Shown: positions 41,148 through 53,564 of the stretch, piece by piece | Layout: every line of letters begins with the position of its first letter | Numbering within the stretch: position 1 is the stretch's first letter | DNA from: Malacoraja senta | Taxonomy: Eukaryota | Direction: 5' to 3' | DNA: 64,000 nt | Assembly: GCA_038087875.1 (NCBI GenBank) | Contig: CM075997.1 | Span: 3,164,001-3,228,000, forward strand | The notes under the pieces: generated by a model | Seen by the model: only the letters and a program-made list of their open reading frames with translations | What the model was told of the DNA's origin: nothing | The model's database searches: none | Translations under genes and position numbers: made by a program

Positions 41148-41693
41148 GAGTATTGTGTGCAGTTTTGGTCCCCTAATTTGAGGAAGGACATTCTTGCTAT
41201 TGAGGGAGTGCAGCGTAGGTTTACAAGGTTAATTCCCAGGATGGCGGGACTGACATACGCTGAGAGAATGGAGCAGCTGGGCTTGTGCACTCTGGAGTTT
41301 AGAAGGATGAGAGGGAATCTCATTGAAACATATAAGATTGTTAAGGGCTTGGACACGCTAGAGGCAGGAAACATGTTCCGGATGTTGGGGGAGTCCAGAA
41401 CCAGGGGCCACAGTTTAAGAATAAGGAGTAAGCCATTTAGAACGGAGACTAGGAAACACTTTTTCTCACAGAGAGTTGTGAGTCTGTGGAATTCTCTGCC
41501 TCAGAGGGCGGTGGAGGCAGGTTCTCTGGATGCTTTCAAGAGAGAGCTAGATAGGGCTCTTAAAAATAGCGGAGTCAGGGGATATGGGGAGAAGGCAGGA
41601 ACGGGGTACTGATTGGGGATGATCAGCCATGATCACATTGAATGGCGGTGCTGGGTCGAAGGGCCAAATGGCCTACTCCTGCACCTATTGTCT
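41148..41693 (+). mobile_element. CR1 (HER1-type) LINE 3' fragment
   Basis: LEYCVQFWSP...IEGVQRRFTRLIP...RMRGNLIETYKI...TRGHSLRI...FFSQRVVSLWNSLP; tail ctattgt; flanking repeat ATTGTCTCTG. Confidence 0.9.
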
Positions 41694-41718
41694 ATTGTCT
41701 CTGTTCCCTTGTTTTCAG

Positions 41719-41922
41719 GTGGTGGGCAGTTCCCTTCTCTTTGTCCACGACGACTCGGAGATGGCTAAAGTTTGGATGATCGACTTTGGAAAGACGGTGA
41801 TGTTACCTGCCCCAGAGACACTGAACCACAGGGAGGCCTGGAAGGAGGGCAACCGGGAGGACGGCTACCTGTGGGGGCTTGATAACCTCATTGGTATCAT
41901 CAGCAAGATGGTGGAGGAGTGA
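41719..41922 (+). CDS. ITPKC: ITPKC terminal coding exon ([11 protein letters not shown]...WMIDFGKT...[25 protein letters not shown])
   Basis: Acceptor cccttgttttcag; SSLL and IDFG catalytic motifs; TGA at 41920-41922. The six exons sum to 900 nt (299 aa plus stop). Confidence 0.95.
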   Translation: MVGSSLLFVHDDSEMAKVWMIDFGKTVMLPAPETLNHREAWKEGNREDGYLWGLDNLIGIISKMVEE

Positions 41923-44900
41923 CTCGCTGCAGCAGTCCTCGGCTGTATCGTTCACAGCTGGCCTTTTCCATGTCGCACACCCTCCTCGCAGGGAAGTGCC
42001 TCTTGCCTGGCAAAGTTTTTTCCACCCCTCCCACCCCCTCTCCCTTTTCTCCTGGAGGGGTTTGCTGCACGAGAGAACCACCGCAGCTGGGAGGCTGGCG
42101 GGGGGAGGGGGGGGATGGTGGAGGAATTGGGGGAAGATGCGGATGTGAACCTGGGTGAAGAAAGCCAGGGCAAGAGCGTGCCTGTGATCCGCGGGGTTCT
42201 GTGTGCCGCGGCCAACTTGTGAAGGCGCCACTCCTGAGCACTGTGGCCCGGCTCCTGAACTCTGCAGTAAAGCCAGAGGAGGGCCTGGGATTTGAACTCT
42301 AAGCCGCGGTGGCGGTGGCTAACGCTGACCGGACACTTTAGGGCTGTCGTCAACTGGCCGAGTCAGTGAACTTTCTTTTGACACACGAAACACTGGAGGG
42401 AGGCGGAGCTATCTCTGATTCATTCCTCGGTTTGTATCATATATATATATTTTTATAGCCGCAAAACAGTACTGCAGAGTTTACTGAGGCCAATAGCATT
42501 TGTATGCATTTGAAACATTTTCCTGGTCTTGCTCAATTCGCCTTGTCTGCGATATGCTCTGACCCGATAGAATCTAATCCCCTCTCGCTTACACTTTCGC
42601 CTTCCCCACCCCGATGGGGCTGGTCTCACCACTGCATCAAACACTGACAACAAACTGGCGAGAGATGCTGACTGTGGGTGTTGAGACCCAAGGGCAGAGT
42701 AGTTGAGGGTCAAATGCACTCGAAGCTACGTGGAATCATCCTCTTGGACTTCACAGTGTAACATTTTATAGTGTAATAAATCTGTAACGACGGGTTTAGC
42801 CTCTTCATAAAACGTTTATTAAACAAAAGCTAATCTTTAAACCTAAGTTGAATATTAACCATTGAGTAGAGAGTGACTTCCAGTTTGTCACGGTGAGGGA
42901 CTGCATGTACCGTTCCATCACAATCTCATTCTGCAGCTAGAGATGGCTCAGTTATAGCATCTCTCTGAATTTATCAGCATCAGTGGGGGTTGGGAGGTTT
43001 TGGACACGACGTGGTACGCTGGCCCTCATTTTAGTGCAGTGTCCGGGGCTGACTAACGACTAGAAATTGCCCCAAGCAAGAGACTGCCACCTCGAGATGG
43101 AGATTTCCAGAAGCAATGTTGGAGAAGGTGCATCCTCAAGCCTGGATAACCTTCAGCATGGTGTTTAACCAGAGAAGTTTAACCTTTACCATAAAGTTGC
43201 TCTCGATTTCCCCCACCTCCAGGTTCCTCCTTCACAGGCTAGTTCCTTGTAGTTTGAGTGAGTTCTGTAGCTGGAGATTGCAGTCTGGGTTAGATGAGGT
43301 GGGGTCAGTGTTTCGCATTTTAGTTAATCCCTTTATGGTAATTTTTAAACCTTAAATTCTCTCGATTAGTTGGCATTCTCTGAGAAATAATACGTTATTT
43401 TTTAAAGTAATTTTAATTTGAAGTAAATTTTAATTGTTAAGCGAAGATACGTCCTCCCACCCTCTGGTTCTGAAACTGAATCTTGACTTCACATTAAGAG
43501 CAGTGCTTCACTGAAACATTGTATCTGCGTGCAGACGATGTCGTTCAAGTTCATTTGGCAAATCAATGGATTTTTTTTTTTTCCAGATTGAGCAATATCT
43601 GAGAGTTTTGCCCATTCGGAGTTCTGCTCTTTGACACATGCAATGTGGGCACAGATTAGCTACTGTGTCTTCCATACGACCTTGCAGTGCAAAGAATGAT
43701 CAAGACTCTGTACCATCAGTTGCTGCAAAGAGGCGATGTCAGGCGGACTCTGATCCCACGGCAATTCCAAGCTTCATTTTAACATGAAACTCAATGGTGT
43801 CTAACTATTGGGAGGGTTGCAAGGGAGCATGTGATGAGAATCACAGTGAGACAATATAATGTGATATACATTGACATTCGGTGTATTAATACATTAAAAC
43901 TTCCCAAAATCAAAAATGGCTAGGAAGCCCAAATATGATTGGGGAAGTGAGTACATTTTAAGTTCAAATAACAGTCCATCATCAAATGTCCCTATTTGAA
44001 GGCAAACTCCCTCTCATAGTTGCGAAGCCCAGGGGAAATTTGGAACTTTACTGATGGAAGTTATCTCGGCTTGCATCTCCACTGAACTCCCAGGAGAGCC
44101 CTGACGTATCAGAACAAAATAATCCTGCTGACTGTCGATGGTAGGTCAGCCATTGTAAATAGCTGGGGTCTCTTGCCTTGTTTAGAGATGCCCCCATCTT
44201 ATAAATACCTGCTGTACTATAGGGAACCTGTAAATTGAATCCCAAATGCAATGAGCCTGAGCTAAATACTTTTTGCTGTTTGTATTTTAATGTTTATGGC
44301 AGTGTGTGTGTTCTATCTCCGAGATTGAACACCGTTTCGTTCATTGCTGAGGGAGTGTTTTCAGAGTGGGTCATTAATGAGCAGAGCTCTGGTCGAATGC
44401 TGGAATTTTTTTTTTAAGATTAGGATCTTTTGCTATTTTATCCTTTCCCAGGCTCTCCTGAAAACACCCAGTTCTACTCCGATCAATGAACGCATTGTGG
44501 TGAAACGGTGAGGGAATGATACTCTGGGCCTGGGCTCGTGCACCTCATGTTGGAATGAGAACTCTACTTGTGGCTTCTTACTTCAACATCTAATTGTATT
44601 TATAAAGTGCCTTTTAACATCCTGCACTGTTTCACGGGAAGGATTATCAAACAGAACATTATTATTGAGCCCCATGGGCAAGTAAATCTTGCTGAAGTCC
44701 TAGGTATTGAGGTTTCTTAAGAGGGTAGAGAGGTGGACCGCAAGGAGTTCCAAATTCAGCGTCTCACCTACCAAGTGGCCAAAGGTGGAACAATCAAAAC
44801 CGAGCATGTTGAAAATTAGACCATTGCAAACATATTAAGACCATTAGGCGTGAGAACTGAATTATTCTCTTTATTTAGTCCGTTATTTGGCCCATGGAGT

Positions 44901-45910
44901 CTACTCCACGGCTCAATTTTGCAGGGTTAGTGAGGTGTTTTCGTGAGCTGAAAGATGGGTATGTGTCATTCCACTTTGGTTTGTCCCCCTTCAACAGCAG
45001 CAAGACTTTTCTAGTTAAAATAAGTCATTAACTCGCTATGGTGTTGTGATCTTGCGCGGAGGGGAAGGAAGTGAGGAAGCTACCTGACGGTTCGTGTATC
45101 ATTTAGCTCGTCATGCTGTGAAGGTTTTCCCAGCCTCCTTCACCTCAGCGTTTGTTTAGATTGCAAGGATTGAAGGGGCTGGAGCTGCGTGGGTCTTGTG
45201 CATTGCAGTTTGCCCAGCGTTCCAGTGCTGAAGGAAGGAAGCTGCATTGTGGAGCCGCAGTGATCAGCGCTGAGGGATTTCTGCCTCAGTTTGACTGGTA
45301 CTGCAGGTAGGAGTTCCCCCCCCCCCCCCCCACCAGCTCTGTGTCCCACCACCGAGTCACCTCATTACACACCAGTCGCCCTATTGAGCTGACTGAACTA
45401 ACCAGCAAACCCACCTGGGACTCTATTCCATTCTCTGAGCCGCTTGGTTTTAATTCTGAAGAAAGACACAAAATGCTGGAGTAATTCAGCGGGACAGGCA
45501 GCACCTCTGGATAGAAGGAATTCTCTCCTCTCCAGAGATCTCCAGAGATGCTGCCTGTCCTGCTGAGTTACTCCAGCATTTTGTGTCTATCTTCGGTGTA
45601 AACCAGCATCTGCAGTTCCTTCCAAAGAGTTTTAATTCTATTCCTTACAAGCATTGAATTGTGACCCCAAATTTGAGTACACCTCTTCTGACTCTCCATA
45701 TACACTATTGTTTACAAAGCTATCTTTTTAAAAGAACGTTGACCCAGTCCCTCATTGTATTTTCATTATGTATTTATGAACCGCTACTGGACAAATACTG
45801 GAAGCTGCATGTTTAATTTATATTGCATTAAAATTGCTTTGCTGGGTTAATTTCCATACAATGTTATCTAATGGGTTCATTGTCATAATAAAACTGCCTC
45901 TGTGGGGATT
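41923..45910 (+). other. ITPKC: Probable long ITPKC 3' UTR with proximal and distal poly(A) signals
   Basis: About 4 kb depleted of repeats compared with its flanks. AATAAA at 42775-42780 and 45887-45892, with U-rich tracts (ttgtattttcattatgtatttat) before the distal signal. Confidence 0.55.
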
Positions 45911-46197
45911 TCTACATATCGACTCATCTGTGCCTGTCTGTTTCACATTCCTGTCATCAGCAACAAACCACAAATGTTGCTCTTTGGTTGGGAAGTACAG
46001 TAAATGGCAGGACCTTTAGGAGAATTTTACAGGGGAACTTTGGGTGTAAATACATAGCTTGCTGGAAACCTAAGTAGAAAGGGTGGTGAAGGGATTGAAC
46101 AGCATCTGCAGTTGCGTGTGTCTACATTTTGTTACAGCATGCTGGCCTTCATCAGTCAGATCGTTAAGTACAAAAATACAGCTGTGGTGTTGCATAT

Positions 46198-46735
46198 GTG
46201 CAGGAAGGAACTGCAGATGTTGGTTTACACCGAAGATAGACACAAAATGCTGGAGTAACTCAGCGAGTCAGGCAGCATTGCTGGAGAAAAGAAATAGGTG
46301 GCGTTTCGAGTTGAGATCCTTCAGACAGAGTCAGGGAGGAGGGAAACTAGAGGTATGAAAAGGTACAAAGAATGAATGAAAGGTATGAAAAGAACAAATC
46401 AAAGCCGCGCCGGTGATCAATGAAAGGTGGAGCCCACAATGGTCCATTGTTGGCTGTGGAAAAAGTGATAACGAGGGGATACGTACAGTGAAACTAAGCA
46501 GGACGACAGTGAAACTAGTACAATGACTAGGGTCGGGGAGGAGTGGGGGAAAGGAAGGGTTACTTGAAGTTAGAGAAATCAATATTCATACCGCTGGGGT
46601 GTAAGCTGCCCAAGCAAAATATGAGGTGCTGTTCCTCCAATTTATGTTTGACCTCGCTCTGATAGTGGAGGCTCAGGACAGAAAAATCAGTATGGGAATG
46701 GGAAGGAGAGTTAGTGTTTGGCAACCGGGAGATCG
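46198..46735 (-). mobile_element. Penelope-like element 3' portion (ORF C-terminus plus terminal repeat)
   Basis: HKLEEQHLIFCLGSLHPSGMNIDFSNFK* followed by the abundant gctgagttactccagc...gttccttc terminal unit. Confidence 0.75.
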
Positions 46736-47374
46736 TATTGCATGCAGTTCTGGTCACCACATGGCAGGAAGGTTGGGGAAGTTTTTGAGAGGGTGCAGAA
46801 GAGGTTCACTCGATGAGGTCCGGATTACGGAGTATTAGGTATAAGGGGAGATGGGACAAATTTAGATTCTTTTCACTGGAGCATTGGGGAAACCTTTAAA
46901 TGTGTTCAATTATGAAGCAGGCAAGATACATGGTCTTCCCCCCCCCCCCCCCCCCCATGGTGGATTGTCAAATACTGGAGAACATTGCTTTAAGGTGAGA
47001 AGGAAAAAATGTTTAGAGGAGATTTACAAGACAGGTTTTTGTTTCACACTGTGGTAGGTGCCTGGACTGGGCTACCAGGGGAAGTGGTGGAAATGGAAAG
47101 AATAGCATTGTTTAAACTTTTAGTGATGTGAGCAGTCGGGAGATGGAGGGATATAGACAACATGCAAGGGGATGAGATTGATTTAAATTAGCATCACGGC
47201 ACTGACATTATAAGGCCTGTTTCTTTACTGTATTATGTTATGTTCAGAAAGGGTCCATATTCTGATATTATCTCTGAATATCATCATTGACTGTGGGATG
47301 GAAGTTGTCATGATCGAGTCTGTGTGTGAAGTCTCGCAACAAAGTTTATTTCCTCCACCCTCTTGAGCTTTTTT

Positions 47375-47845
47375 ACAAGACTGATCCCAGGAATGAGTGG
47401 GTTAACCTATGATGAGCGTTTGTCGACACTGGACCTGTACTCGCTGGAGTTTAGAAGAATTTGGGGGGAACCTCATTGAAACATACAGAATGGTGAAAGG
47501 CTTGGATACAGTGGATGTGGAGAGGATGTATCTACCAGTGAGAGAGTCTGGGACTAGAGGTCACAGCCTCAGAATTAAAGGTCGTTCTTTTAGGAAGGAG
47601 ATGTGGAGACATTTTAGTCAGAGGGTGGTGAATCTGTGGAATTCTATTGCCACAGAAAGCTGTGGAGGCCAAGTCAGTGGATATTTTTAAGGCAGAGATA
47701 GATAGATTCTTGATTAGTACAGGTATCGGAGGTTATGGGGGAGAAGGCATGAGAATGGGATTAGGAGAGATAGATCAGCCATGATTGAAGGGCAGAGTAG
47801 ACTTGACAGTCTGAATGAGCTAATTCTACACCCATCACTTATGAT
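47375..47845 (+). mobile_element. CR1 LINE 3' fragment (more diverged subfamily)
   Basis: GNLIETYRMVKGLDTVDVERM...TRGHSLRIKG...FSQRVVNLWNS. Confidence 0.8.
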
Positions 47846-48391
47846 CTTAGTGATAAACAGTATGAAAATCAAAAGCAAAAACCTATGCAAATACATCTGG
47901 AGTGAGGTCAGAACATCAGCTGTGTCACGACAGCTGGAGGTGATGGGCTTCAGTCATCTGTTCGGTGCTGGGCTAGTGATTTGCATAGCGTGGGATGAGG
48001 TAGGAATGAAGGTAGACATTTTGCAGAGCAGAGCCATCCAGTGAAAAAAGTTATTGAGACTAATCCCGTTTAGTTTAGTTCAGAAATACTGTGCGGAAAC
48101 AGGCCCTTCAGCCCACCAAGTCTGCACTGACCAATGATCCCCATACAAGAACACTATCCTGACCAATATTGCCCCAGGCTACAATTTTCCAGTCCAAGTA
48201 AACCTCCTGCGCCTTTACATCTTCAAATGGTGAACAGAACTATACACGGTACACAAAGCTGCGGTCTTGCAAGTGTTGTACACAGTTCCAGCATAACCTT
48301 CCTGCTCGTATATTAGCAACACTCAATATAGGATAGCATTCCATGAGTGTCATGGATTTGTCCTATCTATTGAGGACCTCCAAGGATGGGG

Positions 48392-49135
48392 ACTGCACCA
48401 TGGCATAGCAGTAGAGCTGCTGCCTTACAGCTTCTGCGACCCGGGTTCAATCCTGACCACGGGTGCTGTGTGTACAGAGTTTTTCAAGTTCTCCCTGTGA
48501 CCGACCGGGTGGGTTTTCTCCAGGTGCTCCGATTTCCTCCCACACGCCAAAGACGTACAGATTGCCAAGTTAATTGGCTTCGGTAAATAGTGTAAATTGT
48601 CCCTAGTGTGTAGGGCGGTGCTAATGTGCGGGATGATTGCTGATCGGCGCGGACTCGGCGGGCCGAAGGGCCTGATTCTGCGTTGTATCTCTAACCAAGT
48701 CTGCATCGACCAGTGATTCCCGCACATTAAAGGACCATTTTCACGATCTAATTCACGACCTCTGCCGAGTTTGCCCTTGACTCATACTCACAGCATGGTC
48801 GTCACGAGGTTGTAGGTAGGTTGTAGGTAGGCCGTGATGCTAGTCGTAGGTCACTCGTGGCATCAAGTTGGTCGGGGCGCTTTATCAACATGATGAAAAA
48901 TGTCTACGAGTAAAAAAAGGTCGTGAAAGTGGGACAGGCCCTTAACACTATCTGACACACACTAGTGACAATTCACACTTATACCTAGCCAATTAATCTA
49001 CAACCTGTACGTCTTTGGTGTGTGGGAGGAAACCGAAGATCTTGGAGAAAACCCATGCGGTCACAGGGAGAACATGCAACCTCCGTACAGACAGCACCCG
49101 TAGTCTGGATGGAACCCGGGTCTCCGGTGCTACAA
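48392..49135. mobile_element. Two HE1 SINEs tail-to-tail (+ 48392-48695, - about 48700-49135; the second holds a MITE)
   Basis: Family head, V-domain and tail in opposite orientations. Confidence 0.8.
48731..48942. mobile_element. PIF/Harbinger-type MITE, subfamily A (reverse orientation), nested in an HE1 SINE
   Basis: TAA TSD; splits cgcacatTAAcactatc of a minus-strand SINE. Confidence 0.83.
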
Positions 49136-49221
49136 AGCTACAAGCCACTTTTTGTACGCTACAAAAAGTAATGGGTCAAGTAATGAGCCCTGTCGAACTT
49201 CACTGATGACCATCCGGACAT

Positions 49222-50940
49222 TCATTTATTTATTTATTTATTTATTCATTCCGAACAAGTAAAGACATATAGAAGGAATAAATAACAACAACAAAATCAA
49301 AATAGTCAAACATTGGACATTCCAAGCAATATTTGCAAAGCAATGAAAAGCATAATGCAAAATTTAAATGTCCAACACTTTTTCTTTACAAGCTCGAAAA
49401 GGAGTGAGAAGAAGAATAACTTATTTAATCTCACCCCTTCTCCCTAAACCCTTCTTCCATATTTAATAATTAATTAATTAGTAATAATAATACCCCAGAC
49501 AATTTTTAGAGATACATACAGACATATATATGCATACAACTGATATACACATACAAGTAATATGTATGAAGTAACCAAAAGACATAAATAAATAATAAAT
49601 AAAACAATAAATAACCATTAACCCCTGTTTGTCAACCAGCCCCTTCATCCCTGTACCTTGTGAAAAAACGTTTTTTGTATGTCATTTTGAACTGGTTCAT
49701 GTTTGGACATTGCTTTAATTCCACATTCAAACTGTTCCACAATCCTACTCCACAGACCGAAATACAACAAGTTTTTTCTGGTCGTGCGGACTCTTTGTAC
49801 CTTAAAATTAAATATTCTTCTTAAATTATAACCCCCCCCTCGCACATTAAATAATTTTTGTATATTTCCAGGTAAGTTTTTATTTTTGGCCCTAAACATT
49901 ATCTGTGCTGTTTTAAATGCAACCAAATCTTCTAATTTTAATAATTTTGACTGTAAGAATAATGGATTAGTGTGACCCAGATACCTGACCTTGTGAATAA
50001 TACGTATTGCTCTTTTTTGCAGAATAGTTAATGAATGTAGCAAACTTTTATAGTTATTGCCCCAGACTTCTGCACAGTAATTTAAATAGGGTAAGATTAG
50101 TGAACAGTAGAGAATGCGGAGTGATTTGTGATCCAGAACCTGCTTTGTGTAATACCGAAATGCTTTTTGACAGTTTGGATTGTACATGTTTAATGTGTGA
50201 TTTCCAGCTGATTCTATCATCCATTATAACCCCAAGAAATTTATTTTCATGAACTTGTTCAATTTCAACCCCATTTATCTTTATATTTGCTTGTGTATTT
50301 GTTCTGCAATTACCAAATAACATTATTTTGGTTTTGCTCAAGTTTAATGATATTTTGTTCCTGTCAAACCATGTTTTCAGTTTGCCCATTTCTTTTGTTA
50401 TTTTGTCCAGTAGTTGTTTTAAATTCTCCCCAGAACAAAAAATATTTGTGTCGTCTGCAAACAAGACCAGCCTCAAGGCGTTGGACACATTACAAATGTC
50501 ATGATGAATAGTTTTGGACCCAACACTGACCCCTGGAGGACACCACAAGCAATGTCCAAACATGTAGAACTGTAACTGCCCAGCTTCACAAACTGTTGCC
50601 TGTTACTTAAATAGCTTTTTATCCAATCCAGTACTAGACCTCTAATGCCATACCTTTCTAATTTTTTAAAATAAAATATCATGATTAATCGTATCAAATG
50701 CTTTCTTTATATCAATAAATATCCCAGCTGCATATAGTTTATTGTCAATAGCGTTTGTGATATCTTCAATTGATTCTATTATTGCAAGTGATGTTGATCT
50801 GTTTGATCTGAATCCATATTGACTTTCAGTGATTAGTTTATGCTTTTCTACAAATATGTCTAGTCTATTATTGAACATTTTTTCTAGTATTTTGGAGAAT
50901 TGAGGGAGTAAAGAAACAGGTCTGTAGTTTGTGAAATCTA
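49222..50940 (-). mobile_element. 5'-truncated, frameshifted non-LTR retrotransposon (CR1/L2 group, Crack/Daphne-like) with RT, 3' UTR and (TAAA)n tail
   Basis: Overlapping ORFs give YRPVSLLPQFSKILEK, QYGFR, FIDIKKAFDTINH, GVLQGSVLGP, LFADDT, KFLGV and HTNPLF; AT-rich 3' UTR. Confidence 0.9.
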
Positions 50941-51955
50941 CATTGACATGAATGTCAACCATTACCCTCTGCTGTTGCTGATAAGCAATTCCATTAAAGG
51001 AAAGGAGAACTTAATTATCCCAAACCGCACTCTCATCCAGGAAATGCCTCCGCAATGTGCTGTGAATGTGGAGTGGAGATGATGATGGCTCGGAGGAGAG
51101 AGCCAAGCACATTGCGTGAAATACCACAAGCATGAGATCGCCAGCCATCAGGAACTGTGGGTTCCGTGCAGCAGTTACCTCTGTGACTACAGCAGCCATG
51201 CCCTCCTGCCCATTCTACTGGCTGCTGCTCACCAGCCACACGAGAGAAGGGAATTATAATTCAGTAGCATCTTTCACAAACTCAAGGTCTTTGGAACTGG
51301 AAAAAATAGTTTTAGAATAAACTTATAGCCATTTAAGTGAAAAGCAAGCTTGCTCAGTTCAGTCATGTGAGCACAATTAACGTTGGTGATGTTGATTGAG
51401 GGGTAAATCTCTTCTTACTGTGGGATGGGAGATGGTTCCAAAGACATACAGGTTTGGTAAGGTAAAGACAAACATATATGTATGTTTGTCCCTCTGAATT
51501 TTTTCTCATGATTTTCCTATGGTATAACTGTCCTATCGTCCCTGCCACATTTAAGGGGCGTGTAGACAGACACATAGGCAGTGTATGGAATAATATGGCC
51601 CTCATTTGGCCAAGATTAGTGTAGATGGGCAGAAATAACTTGTCAAACACCGCTTTAAAAATACCCACTGACATCTGTGGCAATGAATTCCACAGATTCA
51701 CCACCTTCTGGCTAAAGAAATTCTCCTCGTCTCCTTTCTAAAGGTTTGTCCTTTTATTCTGAGTACCACAGTTTTAGTACCACAAAGTACTATTGAACCA
51801 TAAGTCACAGCCAGAATGGTAAATCTGATGTGAGGTAACCTTATATGAGGAATGTCCCAGTCATTGTATCCACAGTAATTCAATGACATTCTATTGGCAC
51901 AGGTACCTAGGTATGGTGAAATTCATTGTCTTGCATACAACCTGGTAAAATCACA

Positions 51956-52030
51956 CAGCAGATCTCACCTGGGCAGCAGACCTCACCTGGGCAGCAGATC
52001 TCACCTGGGCAGCAGACCTCATCTGGGCAG
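51956..52030. repeat. 18-bp tandem repeat, 4 copies
   Basis: CAGCAGA(T/C)CTCACCTGGG x4 with alternating variants. Confidence 0.9.
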
Positions 52031-53564
52031 TACACAAGTGTCGCCATGTTTCTGGCATTGACAAAGTTACAAAGGTTCACCAAACAGTCCTGTCTTCTGC
52101 CTGTGGCCCCCCTGCTGGGTCCCCCCTTCGTTCTCAGTGGCCCCCTGTTGGTTCTTGACGGCTCGCAGCTGGGTCCCCATTTCTTAACAGCAGCCCCCGG
52201 ACGGGACCCCCTTGTTCCCGATGGACCCCACCGGGTCCCCTCCTTGTTCTCAGCGCCGCCCCCCCTGCCCCCTTCCCCCCTGCCAGGACCCCCCATCATT
52301 CTTGACATCCCCCACTTAATTCTCGCCCCGCCCCCCCGCTGGGTCTCCACATTTCATTCACGACGACCCTCTGCTGGGTCCAGAATCCACAGCTGGGAAA
52401 CGGGGGGAAATTCCACCAGCCTCCTTCACAATAGTGGCCTGGGATCATCAGAGGGAACAGAAGAGCCTCAGTCGCCGACCCTCATGAGGACCAATAGTCA
52501 ATTGTCTCGCTGAAGTCTCTCCGAAGCATGGACACTAACATCTGAGTCCTAGCTGATGTTCAACGCCAGAGGCTCCCTTGCCAGCTGGCTGTGGGAAGGT
52601 TTTAGAAATTACCCACTAGGCTGTTTTTAGATGCGTAATTACTATTTAAGTGACTTTAGGAGAAATCAGACTGGCTCGTCGTAATCAGACCAAAACACAT
52701 GGGTTCAGTTTTGATAAACAAGTTCATAATGAGCACCAACAATGTTCTTTTCGATTTTTCTAAGCCACCCGAACCCTCCCAACTCGGGGATAAGATAACG
52801 ATATCTCTCATTCACTGCATTTTTTTTAAAATGGTGCTAAAAAATTATGAAATTCAAACCCAAAGTGGCGCAGTGGAAGCGTTGCTGCCTTGCAGTGCTC
52901 GAGACCCTGGTTTGATCTTGACTTGGGGTGCTGTTTGTATGGTGTTTGTACGTTCTCCCCGTGACCTGTATGGGTTTTCTCCGGGATCTGTGGTTTTCTC
53001 CCACAAAGATGTACAGGTTAGTAGGTTAATTGGCTTGGTAAAATTGTAAATTGTCCCTGCTTTGTGTCGGATAGTGCCAAAGGGCCTGTTTCTGCGCTGT
53101 ATCTCTAAACTAAACTCAAAGGTCAGGACCTTGTAAGTGAATGAATTCCACTGTTGTTAAGACTGTTGTCCATCACTTTTGGATTTGAATTTCACAATTT
53201 TTGAGCACCATTTGTAAAATGGAGTGTGTGAGAGAAATCATTACCTTGTAAGGAGTGAATGCATGCAGTCCTATTGCCTAGGGTAAGGGAATCAAGAACT
53301 AGAGGGCATATGTTTAAGGTGAGAGGAGAAAGATTGAATAGGAACCTGAGGGGCATTTTCACACAGAGGGTGGTACGCACTTGGAATGAGCTGCTAGAAC
53401 TGCAGATACTGGTTTACAAAACAGGCCACAGTGCTGGGATAACTCAGCGGGTCAGGCAGAATCTCGAGAACATGGATAGGTTATGTTTCGGGTCGGGACC
53501 CTTCTTCAGCTGGAGGTCAGGATCGAACCCGGGTCTCTGGAGCTGAGAGGCAGCAGCTCTACCC

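Noticed and set aside
40929..41612. 227-aa ORF
   Set aside because: Chance read-through of a PLE unit into a 5'-truncated CR1 ORF2 fragment; not a host gene.
42088..42135. G-quadruplex-prone tract in the 3' UTR
   Set aside because: G and C runs are common throughout the window, so nothing specific supports a function.
51011..51320. Short ORFs in unique sequence as exons of a neighbouring gene (such as ACTMAP or PLD3)
   Set aside because: No recognisable motif and no convincing splice boundaries.
51907..52513. Pro/Gly-rich ORFs on both strands
   Set aside because: Caused by an 18-bp tandem repeat and GC-rich low-complexity sequence; no recognisable domain.
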